A DNA stretch of 43,658 nucleotides from Thermodesulfobacteriota bacterium (GTDB taxonomy: Bacteria; Desulfobacterota_D; UBA1144): the NCBI GenBank assembly GCA_029246845.1, contig JAQWMJ010000009.1, positions 1 to 43,658 of the forward strand. Reading direction: 5' to 3'. The stretch's first letter is position 1, and every line of letters begins with the position of its first letter. This document shows, one piece after another, positions 27,884 to 40,678 of the stretch. Below the pieces are notes generated by a model, which saw only the letters and a list, made by a program, of their open reading frames with translations, did no database searches and was not told the DNA's origin. The position numbers were made by a program, and so were the translations under genes.

Positions 27884-29008
27884 CTACTTTACTCTCTTTA
27901 ACATCATAAGAGCTCTGTTGAGCCAGGTGAACTCTTTTGATAAGTTCAAGCAATTTTGAGACATCTCCTTAGATAACTTTTGATTATTAACTAATAAATT
28001 TAAAGCATTATTTAAAGCCTGTGTTGAATTAGGATCAACTAAAATTGAATTTACATTATGAGTTAAAATTCTTGATATTGAAGGTAAATCCGAGGCTATA
28101 ATGGGTTTGCCAGAAGCTAAATACTCGAATATTTTTATAGGTGATGAGTAATCGAACGCCATTGAGCCACCCTTAATTGTAAAATCAGAGGAGTAAGGTA
28201 TTAAAAGAATATCCGATACTCCAAGATAATTTGGTATATCTATATTTTTAATATGTCCAGTAAAAAGTATGTTTTTCTGATTGGACCCAAGTAAGTCAGC
28301 ATAGTCATCATTATCTGAATCCTCACCTCCGACAATAAGAAAGAAAATATTTTTGTTAATTTTGGACAGCTCAATAATCTTCTCAATACCTCTACCCTTG
28401 TAGGTATTGCCAATATACGAGGCAACAGTGTTACTCTTTGGAATTTCTAAATCTTGCTTAAATAGATCTATGTCCTTATTAGGTTTAAATGTTTTAAGAT
28501 TTACGCCATTATGTAAAACTTGAAATTTTTTTGAAAAACCAAAGTTTTTCTCAAGATTTTTTTTTGTACCTTCTGAATTGCAAGAAATTTTTACTATATT
28601 TTTTACTTTAATAAATCTTCTAATGGCAATTTTTGATAAATAATTTATAGGGGGGTGATGGATATCTATTACAATGCGTTGCTTAAAAAAAGACGCAAGA
28701 TACGCAAAAGTAATATTTCTAGTAATTATGAAATCATAATTATCCACTGAAAACATTTTAAAAAGGGACATGAATCCATGAAGCATATGCCTAAGTGGGC
28801 CACTATTCAGACCAAAGGTTCTGTTGATCTTAAATTTGCTATTAACATTGTAGTAACTGAAGAAATCTTCAACTTTTTCAATCTCTATAGGGAGAATAAG
28901 CTCTACGTTATGCCCAAGTTCTGCAAAAGCCTCACACATTCTAGCAACATGTATTGAACTAGCGCCCTCGCCGAACAATTGAGGACTCCCTATATAAAAA
29001 ATATTCAT
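27884..29008 (-). CDS. Glycosyltransferase family 4
   Basis: A..IHV..MCEAFAELGH.V, HNGVN, SPIKIFEYLASGKPIIASD; start taken at ATG 29008. Confidence 0.92.
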   Translation of the reverse strand: MNIFYIGSPQLFGEGASSIHVARMCEAFAELGHNVELILPIEIEKVEDFFSYYNVNSKFKINRTFGLNSGPLRHMLHGFMSLFKMFSVDNYDFIITRNITFAYLASFFKQRIVIDIHHPPINYLSKIAIRRFIKVKNIVKISCNSEGTKKNLEKNFGFSKKFQVLHNGVNLKTFKPNKDIDLFKQDLEIPKSNTVASYIGNTYKGRGIEKIIELSKINKNIFFLIVGGEDSDNDDYADLLGSNQKNILFTGHIKNIDIPNYLGVSDILLIPYSSDFTIKGGSMAFDYSSPIKIFEYLASGKPIIASDLPSISRILTHNVNSILVDPNSTQALNNALNLLVNNQKLSKEMSQNCLNLSKEFTWLNRALMMLKRVK

Positions 29009-29073
29009 TACTAATATATTATTGATTAATTGATTAATAAACAATACTTATTTAAGATTTGATTTATATAGTT

Positions 29074-30381
29074 ATGAAAATAGTTAAAGGCTTTAAGGAT
29101 ATACTTCCTTATGGAAGTTCTAATTCCGACACATCACATGCTTGGACATCTATAACTAATCAATTAAGAGACGTAATGTCATCTTACAATTTTCAAGAAA
29201 TAATAACCCCAGTAGTTGAATATGATTCAACATTTAAAACCGGGATTGGAGAGGATACTGATATAGTCTCCAAAGAAATGTATGAATTTACTTTAGATAA
29301 AGATAAGAAGGAAAGCTCTAATGATAAAATCTTAAAATATTGTTTAAGGCCCGAAGGAACTGCATCTATAGTTAGGAGCTTGATTGAGAACTCGCTAGAT
29401 AAGATAAGAAGTATTAACAAAGTTTATTATCTAGGTCCAATGTTTCGTTATGAAAGATCACAAAAAGGCAGATATAGGATGTTTCATCAGATTGGAGCCG
29501 AATTGATAGGGTCAAATGAAATATTATATGAGGTTGAAATGCTTAGCTTAGCCGAGAGATTAATAAAAACACTGAAAATTGAGAATTATACTTTTCAAAT
29601 TAACTCTATTGGGAACAAACAAAGTCTAAATAATATTAGTAAAGCTATTTTAGTTTTTGGAAAAAAAAATAAAGATTCAATCGACGAGAAAGACTATAAG
29701 ATACTAGAAAAAAACCCACTAAGGTTCCTTGATAAAGCTATTCATAAGTATGACTTTAAAGATATACCTAAGACAATAGACTACATAGATAAGGAATCTA
29801 TGAGTAGATTTAAGCTTTTAACGAGGATATTAGATGATATAAAGTTTGACTATAAAATTAATAATCAACTTGTAAGAGGTATTGATTATTATAATGATTT
29901 GGTGTTCGAAGCAACATCTTCAGATTTAGGGGCTCAGGATGCACTACTTGCAGGTGGGCGTTACGATACTCTTTTAGAAAAATTTGGCGGAGAACCTAAT
30001 AAATCAATTGGTTTTGCGGCTGGAATTGAAAGATTAATATTAGCTATGGACAGTAACAACAGACACGAAAGCGTAATTGATTTTTTTATCATATATAAAG
30101 AAGAAGAAGTGATAAAGGAATCATTTAAGTTGGCTCTAAAACTAAGGAATCTAGGCATCAAGGTTGAAATTGATTTAGAAAGAAGAAGTTTTACTAAGCA
30201 AATTAAACTGGCGGATAAGTCTGGATCAAAAAAAACTATAATCATGTCAAAAGATAAACTTAAGAGTGCTTTAGTTGTCCTCAAGGATATGAGTTCAGGT
30301 AAAGAAGACTTTGTAAATATAGATAATAATTTTGAATCCTTATTAAAACAGCTTAAAGTAGAACCCAATGCAGAAAAATAA
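29074..30381 (+). CDS. hisS: Histidyl-tRNA synthetase
   Basis: LRPEGTA, GPMFRYERSQKGRYR.FHQ, LVRGIDYY, AGGRYD, GFAAGIER. Confidence 0.97.
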   Translation: MKIVKGFKDILPYGSSNSDTSHAWTSITNQLRDVMSSYNFQEIITPVVEYDSTFKTGIGEDTDIVSKEMYEFTLDKDKKESSNDKILKYCLRPEGTASIVRSLIENSLDKIRSINKVYYLGPMFRYERSQKGRYRMFHQIGAELIGSNEILYEVEMLSLAERLIKTLKIENYTFQINSIGNKQSLNNISKAILVFGKKNKDSIDEKDYKILEKNPLRFLDKAIHKYDFKDIPKTIDYIDKESMSRFKLLTRILDDIKFDYKINNQLVRGIDYYNDLVFEATSSDLGAQDALLAGGRYDTLLEKFGGEPNKSIGFAAGIERLILAMDSNNRHESVIDFFIIYKEEEVIKESFKLALKLRNLGIKVEIDLERRSFTKQIKLADKSGSKKTIIMSKDKLKSALVVLKDMSSGKEDFVNIDNNFESLLKQLKVEPNAEK

Positions 30382-31576
30382 ATTTTTTTACGGCTGGATT
30401 ATCGTCTTTGCGGCTATTTTCTTAGTATTCTTAGACGGGCTACTTCTTTACTCTTTTGGAGTTCTATTACCTTCCATTCAAGCAAAATTTGAGATGTCTA
30501 AAGCCGCGGTGAATTCTATATTTGCAATCAGATGTATTGTTTTTGCATTTTCTATGATTATTTTCGGAAAATTAATCGACAAACATAGACCTGAGAAAGT
30601 AATTTTCCTTGGTGGACTAATAACTGTACTGGGGTTATTTTTGACTGCATATTCAGATACTAAACTCACTCTTTTCCTAAATTATGGAGTTCTTACGGGA
30701 TTGGGTGACGGAGCCTTTTATATTCCAGCAGTAGCGGTTGTTCAAAGATGGTTTAACAAAAGGAGAGATTTTGCTGTAGGTCTTGTCACGGCAGGAGTTC
30801 CCATAAGTGGCCTAATAATTAATCCTTTATCAGCTTGGATATTAAGTGTATCATCCCTGGAAACGACCTTAATCTCATTAGCAGGGATTACCTTAATCTG
30901 TTTGTTGCCAGCTTTCTTAATGAAAGAAGATCCAAAAGAGATGGGACTTTTGCCCTATGGAGGTCCTTTCCCAAAATCAGATGATGCTGAATCTAACAAT
31001 TGGGAGACTAAGGAAGCTACAAAGACAAGTGCCTTTATAATACTTTATGCTCTACTTTTTCTGGGTATGCTGTCTTTTCTGATTGTTGTAACACTTCAAT
31101 TTGATTATGCGATAAGTAACAATCTTAATCTTCTTGCTTCATCTATAGCCCCAGCCTCTATTGCCGCGGGTAGTTTTTGTGGTCGTCTTGTAACAGGATA
31201 TATAGCTGACTTTATAAATAGAAATAAAATATTGTTTGCTGTTTTTCTTGGCCAAGGTCTTTCAGTTTTAATACTACTAAATGGAAACTCTCTACTACAT
31301 TACTGTCTATTTGGTTTTTTCTTTGGTTTTTCATATGGGGGATGGATTCCTATTTTTCCAAGCCTACTAAAAGACTTTTTTGGAAAAAAACATGTTGGTC
31401 AGATCTTTGGTGTTTTTGGAACTGGTTTTTCAATATCCGCCATTATAGGACCACCTTTGGCTGGATATTTAGTAGATGAGTTTAATACATATCACTATGG
31501 TTTTTATATATGCATATTAGCTTGTTTAATTGCCGCAATGTTGGCCTTGTTAATTAAAAAACCAATAAAAGCTTAA
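30368..31576 (+). CDS. MFS transporter (OFA/MCT-like)
   Basis: FFYGWIIV start, GKLIDK motif A, WFNKRR..A.G, about 12 TM segments. Confidence 0.9.
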   Translation: MQKNKFFYGWIIVFAAIFLVFLDGLLLYSFGVLLPSIQAKFEMSKAAVNSIFAIRCIVFAFSMIIFGKLIDKHRPEKVIFLGGLITVLGLFLTAYSDTKLTLFLNYGVLTGLGDGAFYIPAVAVVQRWFNKRRDFAVGLVTAGVPISGLIINPLSAWILSVSSLETTLISLAGITLICLLPAFLMKEDPKEMGLLPYGGPFPKSDDAESNNWETKEATKTSAFIILYALLFLGMLSFLIVVTLQFDYAISNNLNLLASSIAPASIAAGSFCGRLVTGYIADFINRNKILFAVFLGQGLSVLILLNGNSLLHYCLFGFFFGFSYGGWIPIFPSLLKDFFGKKHVGQIFGVFGTGFSISAIIGPPLAGYLVDEFNTYHYGFYICILACLIAAMLALLIKKPIKA

Positions 31577-31596
31577 ATCTATTATATAATATTCTT

Positions 31597-31788
31597 ATGT
31601 TTGGATTAGGTTTTACGGAAATAGTCTTTGTTTTCCTTGTTTTTATATTATTGTTTGGTCCTGACGAGGTGCCTAATATTGCTAAGAAATGTGGCAAATT
31701 TTATAGAAACATAACTAACATGAAAGATGAAATTAATGATAGTGTAAACAAAGAAATTAATGATATAAAGAAAATAGCAAAGAAATAG
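31597..31788 (+). CDS. Twin-arginine translocase TatA/TatB-family subunit
   Basis: MFGLG..E....L...LLFGP..VP followed by an amphipathic helix. Confidence 0.85.
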   Translation: MFGLGFTEIVFVFLVFILLFGPDEVPNIAKKCGKFYRNITNMKDEINDSVNKEINDIKKIAKK

Positions 31789-31789
31789 T

Positions 31790-34306
<2,517 letters not shown>

Positions 34307-34323
34307 TTAGCTTAATAAAAGCC

Positions 34324-34884
34324 CTAATCTTTCATCCTAGGTAAGGTGATTCCTGTTTGATTCTGATACTTACCTTTTTTATCTGCGTATGAAATATCAC
34401 ACTCTTCGTCTCCTTCAAAGAAAAGGACTTGAGCTATCCCCTCATTCGCATAAATTCTAGCTGGAAGTGGTGTAGTATTTGAAATCTCCAGGGTTACATG
34501 ACCTTCCCATTCAGGCTCAAAAGGCGTAACGTTAACAATAATGCCACACCTTGCATATGTAGATTTTCCTACACATACGGTGACAGTACTTCTAGGTATT
34601 CTAAAATATTCTACCGTCCTTGCTAAAGCAAAAGAGTTTGGAGGAATTATACATTCATCACCAACGATTGTGACAAAAGACTTCTCATCAAAACTTTTAG
34701 GGTCAACCACTGTATTATATACATCGGTAAATACCTTAAATTCATTACTTACTCTAATATCGTAGCCATAGGATGAAACACCATATGAAATTGCCCCATT
34801 AGTAGTTTGTTTTTCAACAAAAGGTTCAATCATTTTATTCTCAAGTGACATCTTTCTTATCCAGTGATCAGGTTTAATTCCCAT
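34324..34884 (-). CDS. dcd: dCTP deaminase
   Basis: [33 protein letters not shown]. Confidence 0.96.
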   Translation of the reverse strand: MGIKPDHWIRKMSLENKMIEPFVEKQTTNGAISYGVSSYGYDIRVSNEFKVFTDVYNTVVDPKSFDEKSFVTIVGDECIIPPNSFALARTVEYFRIPRSTVTVCVGKSTYARCGIIVNVTPFEPEWEGHVTLEISNTTPLPARIYANEGIAQVLFFEGDEECDISYADKKGKYQNQTGITLPRMKD

Positions 34885-34907
34885 TTAATAATCCTCCAAA
34901 ATTAAAA

Positions 34908-35894
34908 CTAAAATTGTTTTAAAAACTTTATATCATTTTGATAAAAATATCTAATATCTGTAATACCAAACTTTATCATAGCTAATCTTTCGATACCCAT
35001 TCCAAAAGCTAAACCAGTATAGTCGTCCGAGTTGTAATTTACTGACTCAAAAACTTTAGGGTTAACCATTCCACATCCAAGGACTTCCATCCAAGCCTTG
35101 GAACCATTCTTGTCTTTCCATTCTATATCAAGCTCCGCACTAGGTTCGGTAAAAGGGAAATAGCTCGGCCTAAACCTAGTCTTAATGTTGTCACCAAAGA
35201 ACCTAGAAATAAATTCATTAAGGACTCCTTTTAAATTAGCAAATGTAATAGATTTGTCGACTAAGAGGCCTTCTATCTGATGGAACATTGGAGTATGAGT
35301 CACATCACTATCGCATCTATAAACTTTTCCGGGAGAAATTATTTTAATTGGTGGATCATTAGACTCCATAATTCTAACTTGCATTGGGGAAGTATGTGTT
35401 CTTAGTAAATTTCCTTCTCCCAAATAGAAAGTGTCCTGCATATCTCTTGCAGGATGATCCTTTGGAATATTTAAAGCCTCAAAATTATAATGATCAGATT
35501 CAATTTCAGGACCTTCAAAGACCTCAAAACCAAACTGAGTAAATATTTGTACAATTTCTTCTGACACTATCGAAAGAGGATGTATGGATCCATTAGAGCT
35601 CCCCTTTGAAGGCAAGCTAATATCAATTTTTTCCTCAGCAAGCTTTTTATCAATTGCTAATCTTCTGAGGTTTTTGAATTTGTCTGCAATAATGGATTCA
35701 ATTTCTTTTTTTATAGAATTAATTATAGGACCTTGTTTTTTTTTCTCTTCAATTGATAAATCTTTTATTGAATTTGTAAAAATTGTAAACTCACCATTCT
35801 TTCCGAGATATTTGGACTTTAAATTCATCAATTCGTGTTCAGTATCTATTTTAGAAATTTCATTGATAATTTTCGGTACAAATTGATTAATCAT
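34908..35894 (-). CDS. pheS: Phenylalanyl-tRNA synthetase alpha subunit
   Basis: HPARDMQDTF, LRTHTSP, THTPMFHQIEG, FPFTEPS, AFGMGIER. Confidence 0.98.
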   Translation of the reverse strand: MINQFVPKIINEISKIDTEHELMNLKSKYLGKNGEFTIFTNSIKDLSIEEKKKQGPIINSIKKEIESIIADKFKNLRRLAIDKKLAEEKIDISLPSKGSSNGSIHPLSIVSEEIVQIFTQFGFEVFEGPEIESDHYNFEALNIPKDHPARDMQDTFYLGEGNLLRTHTSPMQVRIMESNDPPIKIISPGKVYRCDSDVTHTPMFHQIEGLLVDKSITFANLKGVLNEFISRFFGDNIKTRFRPSYFPFTEPSAELDIEWKDKNGSKAWMEVLGCGMVNPKVFESVNYNSDDYTGLAFGMGIERLAMIKFGITDIRYFYQNDIKFLKQF

Positions 35895-36777
35895 TCTTGT
35901 TCCTTTTATTAAATAGATACATTAGGTAGGGTGCGTAAAATATTGATGAATATGTCCCTATACCAACTCCTAAAATCATTATAAGCGCTAAATCTTTAAT
36001 TTCTACGCCACCCACAAGATAAAGAGGTATTAAAACAATAAGTACTGTTATAACTGTCAATATTGTTCTTGATAGAGTCTGAACAATGCTAATTTGGATT
36101 ACATCCTCCAAAGACTCAGATAGATTTTTGATATTTTCTCTTACTCTATCGAAGATAACAATTGTATCGTTAACGGAATAACCAATTACAGTAAGAATTG
36201 CAGCAATTGAAGAAAGAGTAATCTCAATATTTAGTATATTAATCAAGAAAGCCGTCAAAATAAAATCATGAAATAGTGCACATATTGAAGCAATTCCGAA
36301 ACTAAAACTAAACCTGAAAAAAACATAAATTAATATTGCCATAGAACCAAAGATAATTGAATAGATACCATTCCTTACTAACTCTTTGCCAACCTTTGGA
36401 CCTATAAAATCTATCCTCTTAATAGAATATCCTTCGGGTGAAAATTCTGCGTCAAGAACATTTCTCAAGTTTCTTTTATATTTTTGAACATTAATTACTT
36501 CGGTTGTTTCTTCAATAGGAAGTCTTAACAGAAATTCATTGTTAGAGCTGTCTCCATAATTTTGTATTGTCAACGTATTATAGTTAGCCTTAATAAAGTC
36601 TGCTCTAATATCCTCTACTTTTACATCATCTTGGAATGATACAACCAGCTCTGTTCCACCCATAAATTCTATTCCATAGTTAAGTCCACTTTTATTGATG
36701 CTATACAAAGAAAATATAATCAAAAGGGATGAGATTATAAAAGTCGTCTTCATATTCTTAAAAAAATTAAACCTCAT
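35887..36777 (-). CDS. secF: Protein translocase subunit SecF
   Basis: GIEFMGG, IGPKVG.EL, GYSVNDTIVIFDRVREN, GTYSSIF. Confidence 0.96.
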   Translation of the reverse strand: MRFNFFKNMKTTFIISSLLIIFSLYSINKSGLNYGIEFMGGTELVVSFQDDVKVEDIRADFIKANYNTLTIQNYGDSSNNEFLLRLPIEETTEVINVQKYKRNLRNVLDAEFSPEGYSIKRIDFIGPKVGKELVRNGIYSIIFGSMAILIYVFFRFSFSFGIASICALFHDFILTAFLINILNIEITLSSIAAILTVIGYSVNDTIVIFDRVRENIKNLSESLEDVIQISIVQTLSRTILTVITVLIVLIPLYLVGGVEIKDLALIMILGVGIGTYSSIFYAPYLMYLFNKRNKND

Positions 36778-38338
36778 TTTTGCCCTCTGGAAATACTAAT
36801 GATTTAACTAAATACTTTGTCAGAACTCTAGCAACAACTATGTTTGAAAAGATTGTAGAGAAAAGGCCAATTGATAGAGTTACAGCAAAACCCTTTATTG
36901 GACCATCGCCCAAGAAAAACATACAGATTGCTGCAATAAGAGTAGTGAAATTGGCATCTAGGATAGTAGAGACAGACCTATCAAATCCCAACTCTATACT
37001 TGAAACTGAGTCTTTACCTTTTCTTAACTCTTCTTTGATTCTCTCATATATAATAATGTTTCCATCAACAGCCATCCCAAGAGTCAATACTAAGCCTGCA
37101 ATTCCTGGGAAGGTCAAAGTAACCCCGAATAGAGACAATAGCCCAAAGATACATATAAGATTAAAACCTAAAGCCAAATCACAAACTACGCCTAGTCTTC
37201 TATAATAAAAAATCATAAAGATGAATATTAATAGAGATGCTAAGATCATTGAGTTCTTACCATTTGCAATTGAATCTAAACCTAAAGACGGTCCGATTGT
37301 CTTTTCCTGGAGAATTGAAATCGGTATAGGTAGAGAGCCGGATTTTAATATTATTGCTAAGTCATTTGCCTCTTCAAAACTAAAAGTACCGCTAATGCTT
37401 CCACTTCCAAAAATTTGACTTTGTACAACTGGTGAAGACTTCACTTTCCCATCAAGAATGATTGCTATCTTGTTGCCTATGTTTTCTTTAGTAAGTTTAG
37501 AAAAAACAGCAGAGCCTGCCTTGTTCAGACTAAAAGAAACATATGGCCTATTAAATTCATCGTATGAAACACTAGCATCTTCAATAGACTCACCTTTCAA
37601 CTTAGAACTTTTAGTAGTTGCTATATAATTACCCAAAGTCCCCTCGTAAAATGAGTACTTATTTTTCTGATCTTTAAACTTCTGAATTAATAAAGAGCTA
37701 GAGTTGGATTCTTCAATTACAGGCTTAAATTCAAGCATAGCTGTTTTAGATATTATATTTAAAATTCTTTCCCTATCAGTTTCACTAATACCAGGAATTT
37801 GAACGATTATTCTTTCAGAGCCTGACAACTGAATAGATGATTCTATTACACCAAACTGATCAATTCTGTTAGATAAAATATTCTTAACCTGCTTTAATAA
37901 CTTTTGCTTTGTTTTAGCCAAAAACTCTTCTGTCAAAGAAATACTTATTGATCTTGAAGTTGTATCTAAAATATAATTAGTATCATCTTCAAGTGTTGTC
38001 TTAGCGTCTTCAAAGCTCCTGTCGTCATAAAAAGTTAAAAGGATGCTTTTATTATCTGTAGACACTATATCTCTAAATAGGATTTTCTTATTTAATATAC
38101 TTACTCTTACTTTTGACGCTTCCTTTTCAACAATAACATTGGTAGAGACTTCTTTATCCAGACCAAGGACAACAAATATTCCACCTCTTAAGTCTAGACC
38201 CAGATTAATTTTATTTGCAGGGAAAAAGTAATTCCACCAACTTGGTAGATTACTTGATTGAAAAGTTGGATAAATAAAAATCAAAGAAAGCAAAAGAACT
38301 AAAAATGAAAAATATTTATATAATTTGATCTTATTCAT
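36767..38338 (-). CDS. secD: Protein translocase subunit SecD
   Basis: LGLDLRGG, GSLP, IGPSLG, GMAVDGNIIIYERIKEE, KGFAVTL. Confidence 0.97.
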   Translation of the reverse strand: MNKIKLYKYFSFLVLLLSLIFIYPTFQSSNLPSWWNYFFPANKINLGLDLRGGIFVVLGLDKEVSTNVIVEKEASKVRVSILNKKILFRDIVSTDNKSILLTFYDDRSFEDAKTTLEDDTNYILDTTSRSISISLTEEFLAKTKQKLLKQVKNILSNRIDQFGVIESSIQLSGSERIIVQIPGISETDRERILNIISKTAMLEFKPVIEESNSSSLLIQKFKDQKNKYSFYEGTLGNYIATTKSSKLKGESIEDASVSYDEFNRPYVSFSLNKAGSAVFSKLTKENIGNKIAIILDGKVKSSPVVQSQIFGSGSISGTFSFEEANDLAIILKSGSLPIPISILQEKTIGPSLGLDSIANGKNSMILASLLIFIFMIFYYRRLGVVCDLALGFNLICIFGLLSLFGVTLTFPGIAGLVLTLGMAVDGNIIIYERIKEELRKGKDSVSSIELGFDRSVSTILDANFTTLIAAICMFFLGDGPIKGFAVTLSIGLFSTIFSNIVVARVLTKYLVKSLVFPEGKNEV

Positions 38339-38354
38339 TAAAATTAATTTTTAT

Positions 38355-38720
38355 TTATTTTTCCTCTTTATCAATTACAGAATTAACAAATTCTCTTTTA
38401 ATTTTTATGCTAACCCCTTTAGAAATTTCTACTATTAGAATATCATCGTCTAAGATATCAATAATTTTAACTAGCATTCCACCATTAGTTAAAATATTTG
38501 CTCCTTTCTTTAGAGACTTTAACATATCATCTCTAGCATTTTGCTGTTTACTCTGAGGTCTGATTATTAAAAAATAAAATAAGACTATTATTAAAACGAA
38601 TGGCAAAAATGGTCCAATGAACCCTAATGGAGAACTTCCAGAATCAGGCGGGGGTGCACAGGAAGCAATAAATAGGAGAATGAAAATCCCGGGGATTATT
38701 TTAAATTTAATTTGGTTCAT
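38355..38720 (-). CDS. yajC: Preprotein translocase subunit YajC
   Basis: FYFLIIRPQ.KQ, LKKG..ILTNGG; canonical tgt-yajC-secD order. Confidence 0.93.
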   Translation of the reverse strand: MNQIKFKIIPGIFILLFIASCAPPPDSGSSPLGFIGPFLPFVLIIVLFYFLIIRPQSKQQNARDDMLKSLKKGANILTNGGMLVKIIDILDDDILIVEISKGVSIKIKREFVNSVIDKEEK

Positions 38721-39816
38721 TTTGGTACCTCTCTAAAAAGTTTCTCTTGAAGTCTATAAACTTACCATCTTTTATGGACTTTTTAATAGATTCAATTAAT
38801 TGCTTATAAAAATATAAATTACTCATAGACATTAGAGACAAAGCTGAAATCTCTTTAGATGAGTACAAATGCCTAATATAGCCAAGACTGTAGCCAGAAC
38901 ATGGGTGGTTTAAGTCGTCGTCATCGATTGATTTGTCAGACATGTTATAAATACTATTTTTTATATTAATTTTACCATCCTTGGTATATAGGGTCCCATT
39001 TCTAGCATTTCTAGTTGGAACTACACAGTCGAATATATCAACCCCTAGCTCCACAGAATTAATTATATCCTCAGGTTTTCCTATCCCCATAGAATATCTA
39101 GGCTTGTCTTTAGGAATCATTGAGCATAGCTGCTCAGTTACCTCATAAGTCTTATTTTGCCCTTCTCCTAAACCGAGACCACCAATTGCATAACCATCGA
39201 ATTCAATATCTAACATATGGTCGAGCGAAGTTTTTCTTAAATCTTCATAAATTCCTCCCTGCACTATTCCAAACAACTTTGAGTCTGATTTTCTAGCTTT
39301 TTTTGATCTATTTGCCCATTCTCTAGTCCTATTGATTGATTCTAGAATTCGAGAATAGTCTGAATCTGGTTTAGGGCAGTCATCAAAAATCATCATTATA
39401 TCAGATCCAAGATACTCTTGGATTTCAATAGAAAGCTCAGGCGAAATAAAATTAACTGATCCATCCAAGAAGGACTTAAAGGAAACTCCGTCATCACTTA
39501 TTTTAGCCGAAGATGAAAGGCTGTAAACCTGGAATCCACCACTGTCAGATAGAATATTTCTATCCCAATCCATAAATGAATGCAGTCCACCGTAATTCTT
39601 AATTTGTTCATGTCCAGGCTTTAAAAAAAGATGATAAGCATTGGCAACAACCATATCAAAGCCCAAGTCTTTTAGATTATTTGTGGTTAATGCCTTAGGA
39701 ACCCCTTTCGTACAAACTGGCATAAAAACAGGTGTCTCAATTTCACCTGACTTAGTTGCAAGCAACCCTACTCTGGCTTCGGATTTTGAATCTTTATGTT
39801 TTAAACTAAATCCCAT
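38707..39816 (-). CDS. tgt: tRNA-guanine transglycosylase
   Basis: TPVFMPV, NAYHL, DSGGFQ, GIVQGG, FDCVVPTRNARNG. Confidence 0.96.
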   Translation of the reverse strand: MGFSLKHKDSKSEARVGLLATKSGEIETPVFMPVCTKGVPKALTTNNLKDLGFDMVVANAYHLFLKPGHEQIKNYGGLHSFMDWDRNILSDSGGFQVYSLSSSAKISDDGVSFKSFLDGSVNFISPELSIEIQEYLGSDIMMIFDDCPKPDSDYSRILESINRTREWANRSKKARKSDSKLFGIVQGGIYEDLRKTSLDHMLDIEFDGYAIGGLGLGEGQNKTYEVTEQLCSMIPKDKPRYSMGIGKPEDIINSVELGVDIFDCVVPTRNARNGTLYTKDGKINIKNSIYNMSDKSIDDDDLNHPCSGYSLGYIRHLYSSKEISALSLMSMSNLYFYKQLIESIKKSIKDGKFIDFKRNFLERYQNEPN

Positions 39817-40622
39817 TAAATTAAATCTTGAACAGAAAAAAATCCTTTTTTCTTTTTCATTAGCTTTAAACCAAGGTTAATTGAACCACTAGCGAAGACT
39901 TCTCTATCAAGAGCCTGGTGTATTAAATATATATTTTCTTTATAACCAAATGAGGACACCTTATGTTCACCAACAATATCACCACCCCTAATAACACTCA
40001 TTCCAATTTCCCCTTTCTTTCTTTTCACTAAGGAGGACTTGCCCCTAAAATTAATTAAATTTTCCGTTTTTTTTCCTAAAGATTTAGATATAGAGTCTGC
40101 CAACAATAAAGCTGTTCCACTTGGTGAATCTATTTTGTCTTTATGGTGGGTTTCGGTAATTTCTAAATCAGTAGCTGAAAAATACTTAATATTTTCATTT
40201 ATTATTTTTGTTAATAGGTTGATGCCCAAGCTCATGTTGTAAGATTGCAAAATTGGAATCTTCTTTGATATTTTCCTTAACTCCGCAATTTGCTTAGAAG
40301 TAAATCCTGTGGTTCCAGTAACAAACGGAATCCTAGACTTACCAGCTTTTCTTGCTAATAAAATTGCGGAATTCGGGGTAGAGAAGTCTATAATTAAGTC
40401 TGAATCAAATTTCAAAGGACTTTTGGTAACTTTAATATCTTTTAGTTTAAATTTTTTTCTATCTTTGTCTGAGTACAAAGATTCTCCAATGAGTTCATGC
40501 TTAGGGCTGTCAATTGCATATTTAACTTCAATATCATCACTATCTTTGCACAGTGAAACTATTGCCTCTCCCATTTTACCTAGGGCACCGTTAACTAGGA
40601 TAGTTTTTTTGTTTTTACTCAT
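39816..40622 (-). CDS. dapB: 4-hydroxy-tetrahydrodipicolinate reductase
   Basis: GALGKMG, IDFS, GTTG, ETHHKDKIDSPSGTA, RGGDIVGEH. Confidence 0.96.
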   Translation of the reverse strand: MSKNKKTILVNGALGKMGEAIVSLCKDSDDIEVKYAIDSPKHELIGESLYSDKDRKKFKLKDIKVTKSPLKFDSDLIIDFSTPNSAILLARKAGKSRIPFVTGTTGFTSKQIAELRKISKKIPILQSYNMSLGINLLTKIINENIKYFSATDLEITETHHKDKIDSPSGTALLLADSISKSLGKKTENLINFRGKSSLVKRKKGEIGMSVIRGGDIVGEHKVSSFGYKENIYLIHQALDREVFASGSINLGLKLMKKKKGFFSVQDLI

Positions 40623-40678
40623 AAATAAAGCATAATACTTGTTAATATGAATAATTCAAAGGTTTTAGGAAATTGTAA

